The position numbers were made by a program, and so were the translations under genes. Under the pieces are notes generated by a model that saw nothing but the letters and a program-made list of their open reading frames with translations, was not told the origin of the DNA and made no database searches. Below are positions 9,047 through 18,207 of a stretch of 38,527 nucleotides of DNA, piece by piece (position 1 is the first letter of the stretch; each line of letters begins with the position of its first letter). Source of the DNA: a virus (Duplodnaviria > Caudoviricetes); the IMG/VR virus record IMGVR_UViG_3300027826_000156, positions 1 to 38,527 of that record; one strand, written 5' to 3'.

Positions 9047-9279
9047 TACCCGTGACTTTTCAGGACCCGATCACATGCCGGCGACACGTCGCTGCGATGC
9101 GCGCGGAAGCAGGCGTAGATGCCGCTGCGGTCGCCGAGCGCAGCCGCGGCGATTTCGGCGGCAGAGCACAGCCGGAAAACGTCCGGCTTGCAGGCCTGAC
9201 GCTCGGTTGAGGTCTGCGCAGCAGCATCAACTGCCGCGGCGAGCGTGGCGGCGAGAACGATCGCGAGAACGCGGTTCAT
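9043..9279 (-). CDS. Secreted cysteine-rich repeat protein
   Basis: Signal peptide then ACKPDVFRLC...IYACF...VSPAC four-Cys pattern; GGAGG RBS. Confidence 0.72.
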   Translation of the reverse strand: MNRVLAIVLAATLAAAVDAAAQTSTERQACKPDVFRLCSAAEIAAAALGDRSGIYACFRAHRSDVSPACDRVLKSHGY

Positions 9280-9673
9280 GAGGACCTCCGACGATTTGCA
9301 GAAAGACTCGCGCCAGGCCGCGGTTGCCGATGGCACGGCAGGCGCCGAGCGACAGATCGATGGCGCGATGCGTCCAGGCCGCCGGCCCGCGGTCGTTGAT
9401 GGTGACGGTTATGCAGCGCCGCGCGCTCGCGGCCGCCCCAGCCACCGCGCTAGCGCGCCGCGACCGATTGCAGACCAGAACGCGGGTGCCGAACGGCCAC
9501 GAGCGATGCGCCGCGGTCAGCCGCGACGGATCGTAGTTTTGGCCGGCGGCGGTGCGGACTTGATGGTGTTCGCGGCCGTAGCAGCTCGCCACGCCCGGTC
9601 GGCTGGCGGACAGACTTTCGGCACGCGCGGTCGCGAGTGCACAAAGCACCGCCACGGCGAGAAGCGCTCGCAT
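9227..9673 (-). CDS. RlpA-like double-psi beta-barrel lytic transglycosylase
   Basis: GVASCYG, TAAHRSWPFGTRVLV, VTINDRGP, RAIDLS motifs with signal peptide. Confidence 0.85.
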   Translation of the reverse strand: MRALLAVAVLCALATARAESLSASRPGVASCYGREHHQVRTAAGQNYDPSRLTAAHRSWPFGTRVLVCNRSRRASAVAGAAASARRCITVTINDRGPAAWTHRAIDLSLGACRAIGNRGLARVFLQIVGGPHEPRSRDRSRRHARRGS

Positions 9674-9816
9674 CGGTCACCTGGTTGTTTGCTGGAGCTG
9701 CGCCGGGAACGGGCGCGCGCGATCAGACGCTATGCCGCCATCTCTCGAAGGCAGAAGCTGCGGCTGCGTTTGGCACAGCTATTCGCCTGCCGTTCCGGGA
9801 CCGGGTGCATTTCCGC

Positions 9817-10233
9817 TTACTGCGCCGGCGGCGGCCGATTGGCGAGAATTGCCGCCTCGCGCGCTGCGGTGATGAGGCCAGTGCCGGCCAATGCATCCAA
9901 GCCGGCTTTCACCTGCGCATCACCGAGATTGATTTCACTGGCGCCGACGGCCTGCAGCAGCCAATCGAGTACGGCGTGATTGGCCTGCGCAGCGGCCATG
10001 ATGGCCTGGTTTTCCGCCGCCGTGAACAGCGCACGGAACTGCAGATACGCTACGACTGCAGGCAGTTGCTTGCTCGGATCATGCGCGGCAAGAACCTGCT
10101 GAAATGTCTGCTGCTGCGCCGCCGTCAGCTGCGCGATGTCGTAGGTGCCGTCCGGCGACCACGAACACGGCACGCCGAGCAGACCGACTGCGGCCAATTC
10201 AGAAGTAAAAGTCGGACCAATGATCGTGCTCAT
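9817..10233 (-). CDS. Phage hypothetical protein, possible tail fibre chaperone
   Basis: 138 aa, coupled (ATGA-type overlap) to the tail fibre gene. Confidence 0.6.
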   Translation of the reverse strand: MSTIIGPTFTSELAAVGLLGVPCSWSPDGTYDIAQLTAAQQQTFQQVLAAHDPSKQLPAVVAYLQFRALFTAAENQAIMAAAQANHAVLDWLLQAVGASEINLGDAQVKAGLDALAGTGLITAAREAAILANRPPPAQ

Positions 10234-11162
10234 ATGGACAACAGCCCTCCAACGCCGACGTAGTAGCTGCCGGTCCCGCCGGTGACGAGGCCGAGCGGAG
10301 TTATGTAGTGGTTGCCCTCGCTAACGGCGTAGGCCAGCACGTTCGCAATGCCCCATCCGAGATTCGTCGCCTGCGGAGAAATCGAACCTTCGGCTGCAAG
10401 AGCAGTCGTTCCGTCCACGCCTACGGCGTCATACACCGTGGCATTGGCAGTCGTCGTATTGGAGGCCGATCCTCCAATGTACGTCAGAATGTCGCTATCC
10501 GCCCATGTCACGAAAACGGCACGTTTGCTGCTGTCCAGCTCGACCCATGACGTCGTGCTGCTGGTTTGAGCATTGCTGGTGCTGAAGCCGACAAGCGATC
10601 GGAGCCGGCGATTGAACCAGCTCGCCAAACCACGGAATTGTTGCGTATCGGAGAACTGCGCCGATCCGTTCGTGTAGACCATGCCGATCAGCGTGCGCGA
10701 GTTGTCGCCGCTCTTGATCTCGACGCCGACGTTGCCTGTCGTGGCGTCGGTAGCATGGCCGGTGGTCGAAAAATCGATGGTCAGCGTGCCGGCATTGTTG
10801 AACAGGTAAACATAGAAAAGCGTCGAAGCCGCGAGATTCTGGCCGGCTGTGCCGTTCAGGTAAACCGAGGTGTTGGCGGCGGTGACGCCGGCGCCCGGGA
10901 TCGCATAAAGGAGCCCGGCGATCTTGACGCTGCCGCCGTTGAACGGCGCGAACTTGATCTGCGTGGCGCTGACGTAGGACAGCCGCCCGCATTGCGGCGC
11001 GACTTCGGCGATCCGCGCCGCCGGCCAGCCGCCGGCGGTCGTGCCATCATGCACGACCACGCGATTGTTGCTGGTATCGACGACGACTTCGCCCGGCGCG
11101 CCGGTGAACGTCGCCATCTGCGCCGCAGTACCGCGGCGGAACTGCAGTTGCGTTGCGGTCAT
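10230..11162 (-). CDS. Tail fibre/spike protein with Mtd N-terminal-like domain
   Basis: QLQFRRGTAAQMATFTGAPGEVVVDT..RVVVHDGTTAGG is the Mtd_N-type motif; Gly/Thr/Ser-rich beta C-terminus. Confidence 0.8.
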   Translation of the reverse strand: MTATQLQFRRGTAAQMATFTGAPGEVVVDTSNNRVVVHDGTTAGGWPAARIAEVAPQCGRLSYVSATQIKFAPFNGGSVKIAGLLYAIPGAGVTAANTSVYLNGTAGQNLAASTLFYVYLFNNAGTLTIDFSTTGHATDATTGNVGVEIKSGDNSRTLIGMVYTNGSAQFSDTQQFRGLASWFNRRLRSLVGFSTSNAQTSSTTSWVELDSSKRAVFVTWADSDILTYIGGSASNTTTANATVYDAVGVDGTTALAAEGSISPQATNLGWGIANVLAYAVSEGNHYITPLGLVTGGTGSYYVGVGGLLSI

Positions 11163-11167
11163 GATCT

Positions 11168-11222
11168 CAGGCCTCAGGGGGTCAGGTGTCAGGAGTCAGG
11201 AGCCAGGGGTCAGGGGTCCGGG
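11168..11222. repeat. Heptamer tandem repeat (consensus NGTCAGG)
   Basis: ggtcagg tgtcagg agtcagg agccagg ggtcagg ggtccgg preceded by two tcagg units. Confidence 0.75.
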
Positions 11223-11728
11223 AATGGCGCCGGCTGCCAAGCACCGATAGTGTCTTCGCTCAGGTCTTCGATGTCGCTCATCAGCTGTGCGGCGTGGCGC
11301 TGGATGGCATCCTCACGGGCAAGGCGCGCATCGCGATCGGCAAGGAATTTTTGCTCGGCGTCGGAGCGCTCGGTCACCGGCTTGCGCAGAAGATCGCCGG
11401 CCTTGAGCCCATCGAACCGCCGTTTGCCGGGCGGCATCGAGGCCACTAGGAGCGCGTGCTCCTCGCAGCTGACGTCATGGATGAGCGCGTCCTTGCGCGC
11501 CCGCAGTGAGAGACGGTCGTCGACCACTTCGTAAGGCACGATCTCGTAATTGTCGGGCACTTCGCTGCGCGGCACCCGTTTGACGCAGGCCTCGACCAGG
11601 TCGTGTTCGCGCGGTGACGGCTCGCCCACCGTGGCATGGTGGTCGAGCTTGGCTTGGCGAAAAGCCGCGACGCGGGCCGCAAAAGACGCCGGGTCGCCGA
11701 TTTGAGACAAGGGGATCTGCACGGTCAT
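11210..11728 (-). CDS. Phage hypothetical protein
   Basis: 172-aa ORF with ordinary composition, co-oriented with tail genes. Confidence 0.6.
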   Translation of the reverse strand: MTVQIPLSQIGDPASFAARVAAFRQAKLDHHATVGEPSPREHDLVEACVKRVPRSEVPDNYEIVPYEVVDDRLSLRARKDALIHDVSCEEHALLVASMPPGKRRFDGLKAGDLLRKPVTERSDAEQKFLADRDARLAREDAIQRHAAQLMSDIEDLSEDTIGAWQPAPFPDP

Positions 11729-11742
11729 GCGTTTTCATCCAG

Positions 11743-11771
11743 TTGACTTGAGGTGAACAGCGCGATGCAAT
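11743..11771 (+). promoter_or_regulatory. Candidate sigma70 promoter for the glycosyltransferase gene
   Basis: TTGACT-N17-TGCAAT upstream of 11793. Confidence 0.35.
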
Positions 11772-11792
11772 CGGATAGACAAAGAGGCTCTG

Positions 11793-12797
11793 GTGGAGCC
11801 GGAACAGGCGATGCAGGACCTCTCCGTCGCGGCCATCATTCCGCTCTATAACGGCGCGCGCTGGATCGATTCTTGTCTCGACAGCGTCTTCGCCCAAACG
11901 TATCCCGCGTCCGAGATCATCGTCGTTGACGACGGTTCGACCGATGACGGCGCCCAAGTGGTTGAAGCGCTGGCGCACCGCGACAATCGCATCAGCCTGT
12001 TGCGCAAAGCCAATGCCGGGCAGTCGTCGGCGCGCAACACTGGAGCCAAGGCCGCACGGTCCGGGCTGCTCGCCTTTCTCGACCAGGACGACCTATGGCA
12101 CCCACGTCATCTTGAAGAACTGATCGGCCCGTTTCGCAGCAACCCCACGCTCGGCTGGTCGTTCAGCGATGCCGACGCCATGGACGAAAGCGGCACGGTT
12201 TTTCAGAAGCAGCTCCTGCACGTCAGATCGCTCGATCGCGACAGAAGCTCGCTCGTCGAATGTCTGTCGCGCGACATGTGTATCCTGCCGTCGGCGACGC
12301 TGATCTCTCGCGACGCCTTCGATGCCGTCAACGGCTTTGACGAGAGGCTCATCGGCTACGAGGACGACGATTTGTTTATCCGCCTGTTGGCCGCGGGCTA
12401 CAGCAACGCATTCGTCGACGTGCCCCTGCTGCGCTGGCGATTTCATGGCAGGCGCACCTCGCATACGACGCAAATGGTCGCTTCGCGCCTGATCTTTCTG
12501 CAAAAACTGCTGGCCGATCACCCCGATCTGACGCCGGTCTATGGCACGCGGTTCGCCATGGGCTTTCTAGCCGAGCTGGTTCGCAATCCGGACATCGGCG
12601 GCGAGCGGCGCGTCACGGCAATCGCGGGGGCCGAGTTGGCGCTGCCGCACGTCCCGGCGGCAAAGCGCGCCGTTCTTCGCGCCGCGCTTTGCGGGCTGCG
12701 GGTGTTTCCGACGTTCGGCGCCACATTCTTCCGTCTCGCCAAACCCTTGCGGCGCGTGCTGCAAAAGCCTGAACCGATACTGGGAGACGGCCCCTGA
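11793..12797 (+). CDS. Glycosyltransferase family 2
   Basis: IIPLYNG, EIIVVDDGSTD, GQSSARNTG, AFLDQDD, GFDE...EDDDL motifs. Confidence 0.93.
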   Translation: MEPEQAMQDLSVAAIIPLYNGARWIDSCLDSVFAQTYPASEIIVVDDGSTDDGAQVVEALAHRDNRISLLRKANAGQSSARNTGAKAARSGLLAFLDQDDLWHPRHLEELIGPFRSNPTLGWSFSDADAMDESGTVFQKQLLHVRSLDRDRSSLVECLSRDMCILPSATLISRDAFDAVNGFDERLIGYEDDDLFIRLLAAGYSNAFVDVPLLRWRFHGRRTSHTTQMVASRLIFLQKLLADHPDLTPVYGTRFAMGFLAELVRNPDIGGERRVTAIAGAELALPHVPAAKRAVLRAALCGLRVFPTFGATFFRLAKPLRRVLQKPEPILGDGP

Positions 12798-12882
12798 CAG
12801 CGCGTTTAATCAAATAATCGGCTCTTGACTTGACCTACCCTGCGGACCTGGAATGGCGCGGCGGCAAGGAAGAGGGGTTCAG

Positions 12883-13752
12883 ATGGCGTTGACGTTTTCC
12901 GACTTGGCCGAAGAGCCGTCGCCGCGCTTGCTGCCGCCGCTCGATCAAAGCGGCGTCGATGAGCGCGCGCTGACGCCGGCGCAGCGGGAATGGCGCCGCG
13001 ACGGCGTCGCGATCCTGCCGCGCTTCCTGCCCGATCGCCTGATGGATGCCTATGCGCGCCGGCGTGCGGCGTTCAACGCGCCCGGCGGCTGGCCCTCGCC
13101 GACGCCCTATCTCGACGTTCCGGAGATGCGTGAACTCGCCCTCTATCCGCCGCTCATGAAAGAAATGCAGGCTCTGGTCGGCGAGCCGATGTTTCTGCAC
13201 CTTTGCCTGACCGGCTGGGTCAGCACCGAGCGCGCCTGGCACCAGGACGACTATCTCAATCCGCCGCACGTCAACAGCTGGTATGCCGCCGTGTGGATGG
13301 CGCTCGATGACATCCATCCCGATTCCGGCCCGTTCGAGTACGTGCCCGGATCGCACCGCTGGCCGCTGATGCGCGGCAGCAAAGTGCGCAAACACATGCC
13401 ATGGCGCCAAGCGACACGGCCGGAGTGGCCGCAGCTCTCGGAAGTGTTTGTCGTTCCGGCGATCGACGCGGAGATCGTGCGCCGCGGCGCGGAGGTTCGA
13501 TCGTTCATCGCCAAACGCGGCGACGTGCTGATCTGGCACGGCCGCCTGCTGCATCGCGGCTCGAAGCCAAAACAGCCGGGCATGCTGCGCAAGTCGCTGA
13601 TCAGTCACTACTCGGGCGTCACCCACCGCGACGACATGCCGGCGCGGGCGCGCGACGCCAACGGCCAGCTTTATGCCGTGATCAAGCCGCACGGCGCGAT
13701 CCGGCGCAGCCTGGGCATATTGAAACGGCGCGTGACAGACGCGCTGCGATGA
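12883..13752 (+). CDS. Phytanoyl-CoA dioxygenase-like 2OG-Fe(II) oxygenase
   Basis: WHQD, VWMALDDI..DSGP..YVPGSH, GDVLIWHGRLLHRG (HxD...H triad). Confidence 0.88.
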   Translation: MALTFSDLAEEPSPRLLPPLDQSGVDERALTPAQREWRRDGVAILPRFLPDRLMDAYARRRAAFNAPGGWPSPTPYLDVPEMRELALYPPLMKEMQALVGEPMFLHLCLTGWVSTERAWHQDDYLNPPHVNSWYAAVWMALDDIHPDSGPFEYVPGSHRWPLMRGSKVRKHMPWRQATRPEWPQLSEVFVVPAIDAEIVRRGAEVRSFIAKRGDVLIWHGRLLHRGSKPKQPGMLRKSLISHYSGVTHRDDMPARARDANGQLYAVIKPHGAIRRSLGILKRRVTDALR

Positions 13753-14828
13753 CATCCATCGCGCCGATGCCGAAACAGGCAGTGCAGACCACGTTCCTGC
13801 AAAAGGTTCTGCTCGTCGTCGGTTCGGCCGCACTGATCTTGTCGATCATGGGCGCGGCCGAGCTTTATTGCCGCTGGTTCACCCGTATCAACTTTCTCGG
13901 CATCAGCCGCGGCATGTTCATCTCCCGGGCGTTCGGCGACAGCTATGGCAACAGGCCGGACTATCGCGGCGTGGCCTTCGGGGCCGCGGTGCAAACCGAC
14001 GCCAACGGCTTTCGCATCGATCCGACATTCCGCGGACCGACCGGGGGCGACGCGGTTCTGATCCTCGGCGATTCCGTCTCGTTTGGCGTGGGCGTAGACG
14101 CCTCGAAAACCGTTGCCGGTCTCCTGCAGCGCGCGATGCCGCAGGTTCGGTTCTATAATTCCTCGGCGATCGGGTACGGGCTGCACGATTATGAAAATGT
14201 GGCCGGCACGCTTCTGCCGCGAAAACCCGACATCAAGTCCGCCCTCTTGTTCTATTGTTTGAACGATATCTACGACACCAGCGCCCAGGAGATCGAGGCG
14301 ACGGTCCAAAAGATCGACGGCACCGGCGGTACGCCAAGTCCGTTTTCGTCGTTTCGGGCATTTGCGTTGGCGACCAACGGCTATTTGCGTTCGCGATCCA
14401 AACTTTACTTGTCCGTGAAAAAGGTTCTCACCGATCCATCCATGCGATATTTCAGGCAGGATTTTGCAGAATACCAGAAGCGGCTGTCGAACATCGGCGA
14501 CTCGCTGCGGCCGCTTCGCAACATTGCCCAGGAGCTGGCGGCCCGCGGCGTGAGCTTCGAGGTTTTGGTCATGCCCTACGAGGCGCAAGTGCGGACAAAG
14601 GACCAGAGCAGCTTTTTGCCGCAGACGCTGGTCGACGACTTCCTGCACCGGAACGGCATCGCCTATTACGATGCCGCGCCCGCCTTTCTGCAATCAGGAC
14701 TGCCGTCGCAAAGTCTTTATCTCTACGGCGATCCGATGCACCTCAGCGAGGCAGGCCATCGCCTTTCCTTTCAATTCGCCAACGCCGAACTGACGAAAAT
14801 GATGCAACACCGGGCGCCCGCGGACTAA
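13749..14828 (+). CDS. Membrane-anchored SGNH/GDSL hydrolase or acyltransferase
   Basis: N-terminal TM, N..GFR, LILGDSVSFG, LND, DPMH; ATGA overlap with the oxygenase gene. Confidence 0.82.
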   Translation: MTSIAPMPKQAVQTTFLQKVLLVVGSAALILSIMGAAELYCRWFTRINFLGISRGMFISRAFGDSYGNRPDYRGVAFGAAVQTDANGFRIDPTFRGPTGGDAVLILGDSVSFGVGVDASKTVAGLLQRAMPQVRFYNSSAIGYGLHDYENVAGTLLPRKPDIKSALLFYCLNDIYDTSAQEIEATVQKIDGTGGTPSPFSSFRAFALATNGYLRSRSKLYLSVKKVLTDPSMRYFRQDFAEYQKRLSNIGDSLRPLRNIAQELAARGVSFEVLVMPYEAQVRTKDQSSFLPQTLVDDFLHRNGIAYYDAAPAFLQSGLPSQSLYLYGDPMHLSEAGHRLSFQFANAELTKMMQHRAPAD

Positions 14829-14873
14829 GAAGCCGCGCGCCGGCGTCCGCCGACGCCCTGATGGATTAAAGGA

Positions 14874-15950
14874 TCACCGCTTCCGCTGTAAATTATTCTC
14901 GGTGACAAAATTCCGTACAAACGGCCAGACTGCGTCAGCCGTGAGCGCGGCACCAGCCGCATTGGGATGACCGTCGCCCGCTATCTCGTAGGCGGCACGA
15001 TTGTGCAGGATGGCCGGTAGAACATGTGGCGCGGCATCGAAAGCTGCAATTTGCTCCGAGGCAAGCAGGTCAGCCAACCACTCGTACGTTCTCCATCCGT
15101 TATTGATCACGGCAAGCTTTATGCCGCGCGCATCGCACCACGCTTTCATACGCCGGAACATCGCCCGTGCCAGCCGCTGTTGCTCGGCAGAGCTGTCGAT
15201 CGGCCCCAACTGCTCCGCCGCGGCAGCTTTGGCGGTGTAAGTGAGAAACAAAAGGTGAGTCCTCCTGATCAGCTGCGCCAAGTGCAGGTGCTCTATGGCG
15301 AAGTTGTATAGATCTGAAGTGACGACGGCTCTTCTCAGCGCGCCGATCGACACTCTGCCGGCGTCGAGGTCCAGCGTTTCTGCACTGCGCAAACGATAAA
15401 GCGGAGACCGCTGCGCCCTGTTGAAATCATCGATACTGACAAAAACGAATACCGCGGACGGTGCAATTTCGTCAGCAAAATCCTCCAGAAACGCCAGATG
15501 TTCTGCGGTGCCGCTGCCGGAAATGCCGGCATTCAACAACGCGATCCGCTCGGTTCCGAAGGCGGCATCGAGCTTTTCCTGCAGCCGCGCGATGTAGGTA
15601 TCTTGCTCCGGCAGACCGAAGCCGAATGTATACGAGTCGCCCAAAGCAAGAATGCGCGCGGCTCCCGGCGGCGGCGGATGCAATCGTCGCAGATGAGGCG
15701 AGACGAAGTGATAGATCCCTTTGTTTTCTCCAATGCTGAACAGCGCGGCGCCTTTGGATTTGGTGACCATGTAGCCACGCGGCGCATAGTCGAAGAAAAT
15801 TCCATTGATAGGCTGTGGCGCGAATAGGCGCACGGCAATCTCGGACAGAAGGAGACCTGCCGCGACAGAACATAAAATCAATACCAAATTGGCAATCCAG
15901 CCCTTCGCCCCGGACCGTCTCGACTTGTGGGCTAAAACGCCAGGCTGCAT
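14874..15950 (-). CDS. Membrane-anchored SGNH/GDSL hydrolase or acyltransferase
   Basis: N-terminal TM (LLLSEIAVR), LALGDSYTFG, NAGISG, DGHPN. Confidence 0.85.
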   Translation of the reverse strand: MQPGVLAHKSRRSGAKGWIANLVLILCSVAAGLLLSEIAVRLFAPQPINGIFFDYAPRGYMVTKSKGAALFSIGENKGIYHFVSPHLRRLHPPPPGAARILALGDSYTFGFGLPEQDTYIARLQEKLDAAFGTERIALLNAGISGSGTAEHLAFLEDFADEIAPSAVFVFVSIDDFNRAQRSPLYRLRSAETLDLDAGRVSIGALRRAVVTSDLYNFAIEHLHLAQLIRRTHLLFLTYTAKAAAAEQLGPIDSSAEQQRLARAMFRRMKAWCDARGIKLAVINNGWRTYEWLADLLASEQIAAFDAAPHVLPAILHNRAAYEIAGDGHPNAAGAALTADAVWPFVRNFVTENNLQRKR

Positions 15951-16208
15951 GAAAGGCACGCGTGCTTTTGCTTTTGACCGGCGACTCGGTGATAGCGGGA
16001 TGGCGGTTCCGTTCGAGCAGTACTTCGCCGGCCGGTTATACCGAGCAGATGTAGGAACGTAAATCGCCGCTCGGGTTTCTCAACGCGGCCGTCGCGCCGT
16101 GGCGGAGAATCGACCGGCCGGCGCGCAGATACCATGTGGTACTCTCGTCTCTGCGAGCACCGGAAAGCCATCATGTTCCGATCCGGTTGACTTCGCAGGC
16201 GCCACCGT

Positions 16209-17102
16209 GTGCAATCGGCGGCTGTGGAAGCCTATCTCTCAGACGAATTCCTCGATCGCGTGCGCCGCGCCTATCGACTCGCGCTAGACGCCGCCCCAAA
16301 GGCGCGCGGGCAATGGGCTTCGCACAATGCTCGCCGAGCCGACGTGCACATCGCGTTGCTCGCCGATGGCAACGACGCACTGCGACCGATTTTTGCTGAT
16401 CCGACGATTACCGATCTGTATTACGGCGCCGACGACTTATGCCGCACCGTCAACAAACTGAGAAACCCGTCCGATTTTGTGTGCGAGGCGCTAAGCCATC
16501 AGCGGGCTCGGATTGCTGCTTATCAGATTGCGCGCATTCGGGAGTTGGTTCCAGACGCGCGATCCGTGGTCGAGATTGGTCCCGGCATGGGCCGCTCCGC
16601 CTATTACGGGCACCTCGCGGGGTTAGATTACACAACAATCGATCTGCCGCTCGGCATCGTAGCTCAAGCTTGTTTCCTGGCGCGAGTGGTCGGCCCTGAT
16701 GCCCTTTGGTTTGCCGGCGAGGCAGAGGCCACAGCGGATGGCAAGATAAAGCTGCTTTATCGCGCGCCCGAACAGCGCTTCGATGTTGCGCTAAACGTCG
16801 ACTCGATCACTGAGATGCCGACGGCAACAGCTTTCGACTATTTTCGGTGGGCCGGCTTACACGCGCGCTGCTTGCTTTCGATCAATCACGAGAGGAACAG
16901 ATTCACCGTCGCGCAGCTGGCAAAGTTCTCCATTCCAGCAACAATCATCGCTAAAGGTCCCTGCCCGGCGTGGGACGGCTACAGCGAAGAGGTATTTTTA
17001 CCGCACGAGAGCGATTTGCTCCCGACCAGATTACGGCTTGCAGCTTTCGAAGCTTGCGTCATGGCTCATCGTGTACGGCGCCGGTTATTAAAAGGTTTTT
17101 AG
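16209..17102 (+). CDS. Putative sugar O-methyltransferase (class I SAM)
   Basis: VVEIGPGMGRSAYY, TIDLP, FDVALNVDSITEM, LSINHE. Start uncertain. Confidence 0.72.
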   Translation: MQSAAVEAYLSDEFLDRVRRAYRLALDAAPKARGQWASHNARRADVHIALLADGNDALRPIFADPTITDLYYGADDLCRTVNKLRNPSDFVCEALSHQRARIAAYQIARIRELVPDARSVVEIGPGMGRSAYYGHLAGLDYTTIDLPLGIVAQACFLARVVGPDALWFAGEAEATADGKIKLLYRAPEQRFDVALNVDSITEMPTATAFDYFRWAGLHARCLLSINHERNRFTVAQLAKFSIPATIIAKGPCPAWDGYSEEVFLPHESDLLPTRLRLAAFEACVMAHRVRRRLLKGF

Positions 17103-18202
17103 GCGATCCTCATCATATAATTAATCATCATCATAGGCGGCAACGTCGCCATGCTTTGTTGGGACACGCCGCCGTTGATCGATGAAACGGTGCCGGCGGG
17201 TGTCACGGTTACGGTCGGCGTTATGTCGGAAGTAGTAATTCCGGCGCCGCTCTGAAGGCCACCCCCCGATCCCGTGTGCTGGATAATTGAGCCCTGGTTG
17301 CTGTTCCAGGTTTGCGACGTTCCGGCGAAGGTCGGCGCGACATTTGGCAGTTGATTTTGCGCGATCGTTCGGTTCTGCGCACCGCCGGTGTTGCCGAGAA
17401 CGGTGCCATCCCAGTTGCCGCCGGCGACAGTAATTCGCCCAGAGCCGCCGGCGTCCAACATCGCCGGCAACCGCCCCCGCATATCGGGCATGGTGAAATT
17501 GCCGCCGCCCGGATTGCCGTAGGTGACGCCGAGCACGGTCGAGGCCGCGGGGTACGTGGTCGATGACAGGTTCTGCCCCTGCGGCAGGGCAAAGCCGGGC
17601 GGGATGCTGGCGCCGAAATACGGCACGATGCCGCCGATCGGCACGTCGGGCGGATTGAGCAACTCCCAGCGCGTGTTGGCCGCATTGTAGCGCAGCGCGA
17701 TCTCGGCATTGCCGCCGGGAATGTCGCCGATCCACAGCTGCTGGCCGCCGTTTTTGGTGATGGCGTGCGCGGTCAAGCCGTTCGGCGCGAAGGTCGGCGC
17801 CTGGGTGAGGTTCGCCGCGGTGGCGCGGAAGAACAGCACCATGCCGTCGATCAGCAGCGTCACCGGCGGATCGTAAGCCGCGGTGATGGCGTCATGAGTG
17901 CCAGACGCGGCGGCCCAGTTCTGCGTCGATGCGGCATTGAGCGATATCGCGCCGGTGGCGGTATCGATCGTCATCAGCGCGAGCCAGCTGGTGGTGGCCG
18001 CGAGGTAGAGCTTCCAGGTCGCCTGCCCGGACACTGAGGTGTCCATCCAGTCCTGGAAACCATCCGGCGAGCCCGCGGCGGACGGCACCGAGCCGCCGGA
18101 GAATTTCGAGCGCAGCGCCGCAGCGAGACCGTTGATCAGGCCCTGCTCGGCCACGCCCGAAATGGTGCCGACGGTCGGCAGTAGGGTCTGTGCCTGCGAC
18201 AT
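17099..18202 (-). CDS. Tail fibre protein with phage tail collar domain
   Basis: PIGGIVPYFG...PPGFAL..GQ...YP...FTMPDMRGR and terminal LPP...INY..RIA collar motifs. Confidence 0.85.
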   Translation of the reverse strand: MSQAQTLLPTVGTISGVAEQGLINGLAAALRSKFSGGSVPSAAGSPDGFQDWMDTSVSGQATWKLYLAATTSWLALMTIDTATGAISLNAASTQNWAAASGTHDAITAAYDPPVTLLIDGMVLFFRATAANLTQAPTFAPNGLTAHAITKNGGQQLWIGDIPGGNAEIALRYNAANTRWELLNPPDVPIGGIVPYFGASIPPGFALPQGQNLSSTTYPAASTVLGVTYGNPGGGNFTMPDMRGRLPAMLDAGGSGRITVAGGNWDGTVLGNTGGAQNRTIAQNQLPNVAPTFAGTSQTWNSNQGSIIQHTGSGGGLQSGAGITTSDITPTVTVTPAGTVSSINGGVSQQSMATLPPMMMINYMMRIA

Positions 18203-18207
18203 GCTTT

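Noticed and set aside
10230-11162. Diversity-generating retroelement suggested by the Mtd_N domain
   Set aside because: No reverse transcriptase and no template/variable repeat pair seen in the window.
11168-11222. CRISPR array
   Set aside because: Units are 7 nt with no spacers; no cas genes.
13401-13748. Long N-terminal extensions given by the ORF track (also 2635-2736, 18203-18334, 22974-23153, 29887-30024, 32721-32816)
   Set aside because: They overlap neighbouring genes or repeats; downstream starts fit better, most with an RBS or ATGA coupling.
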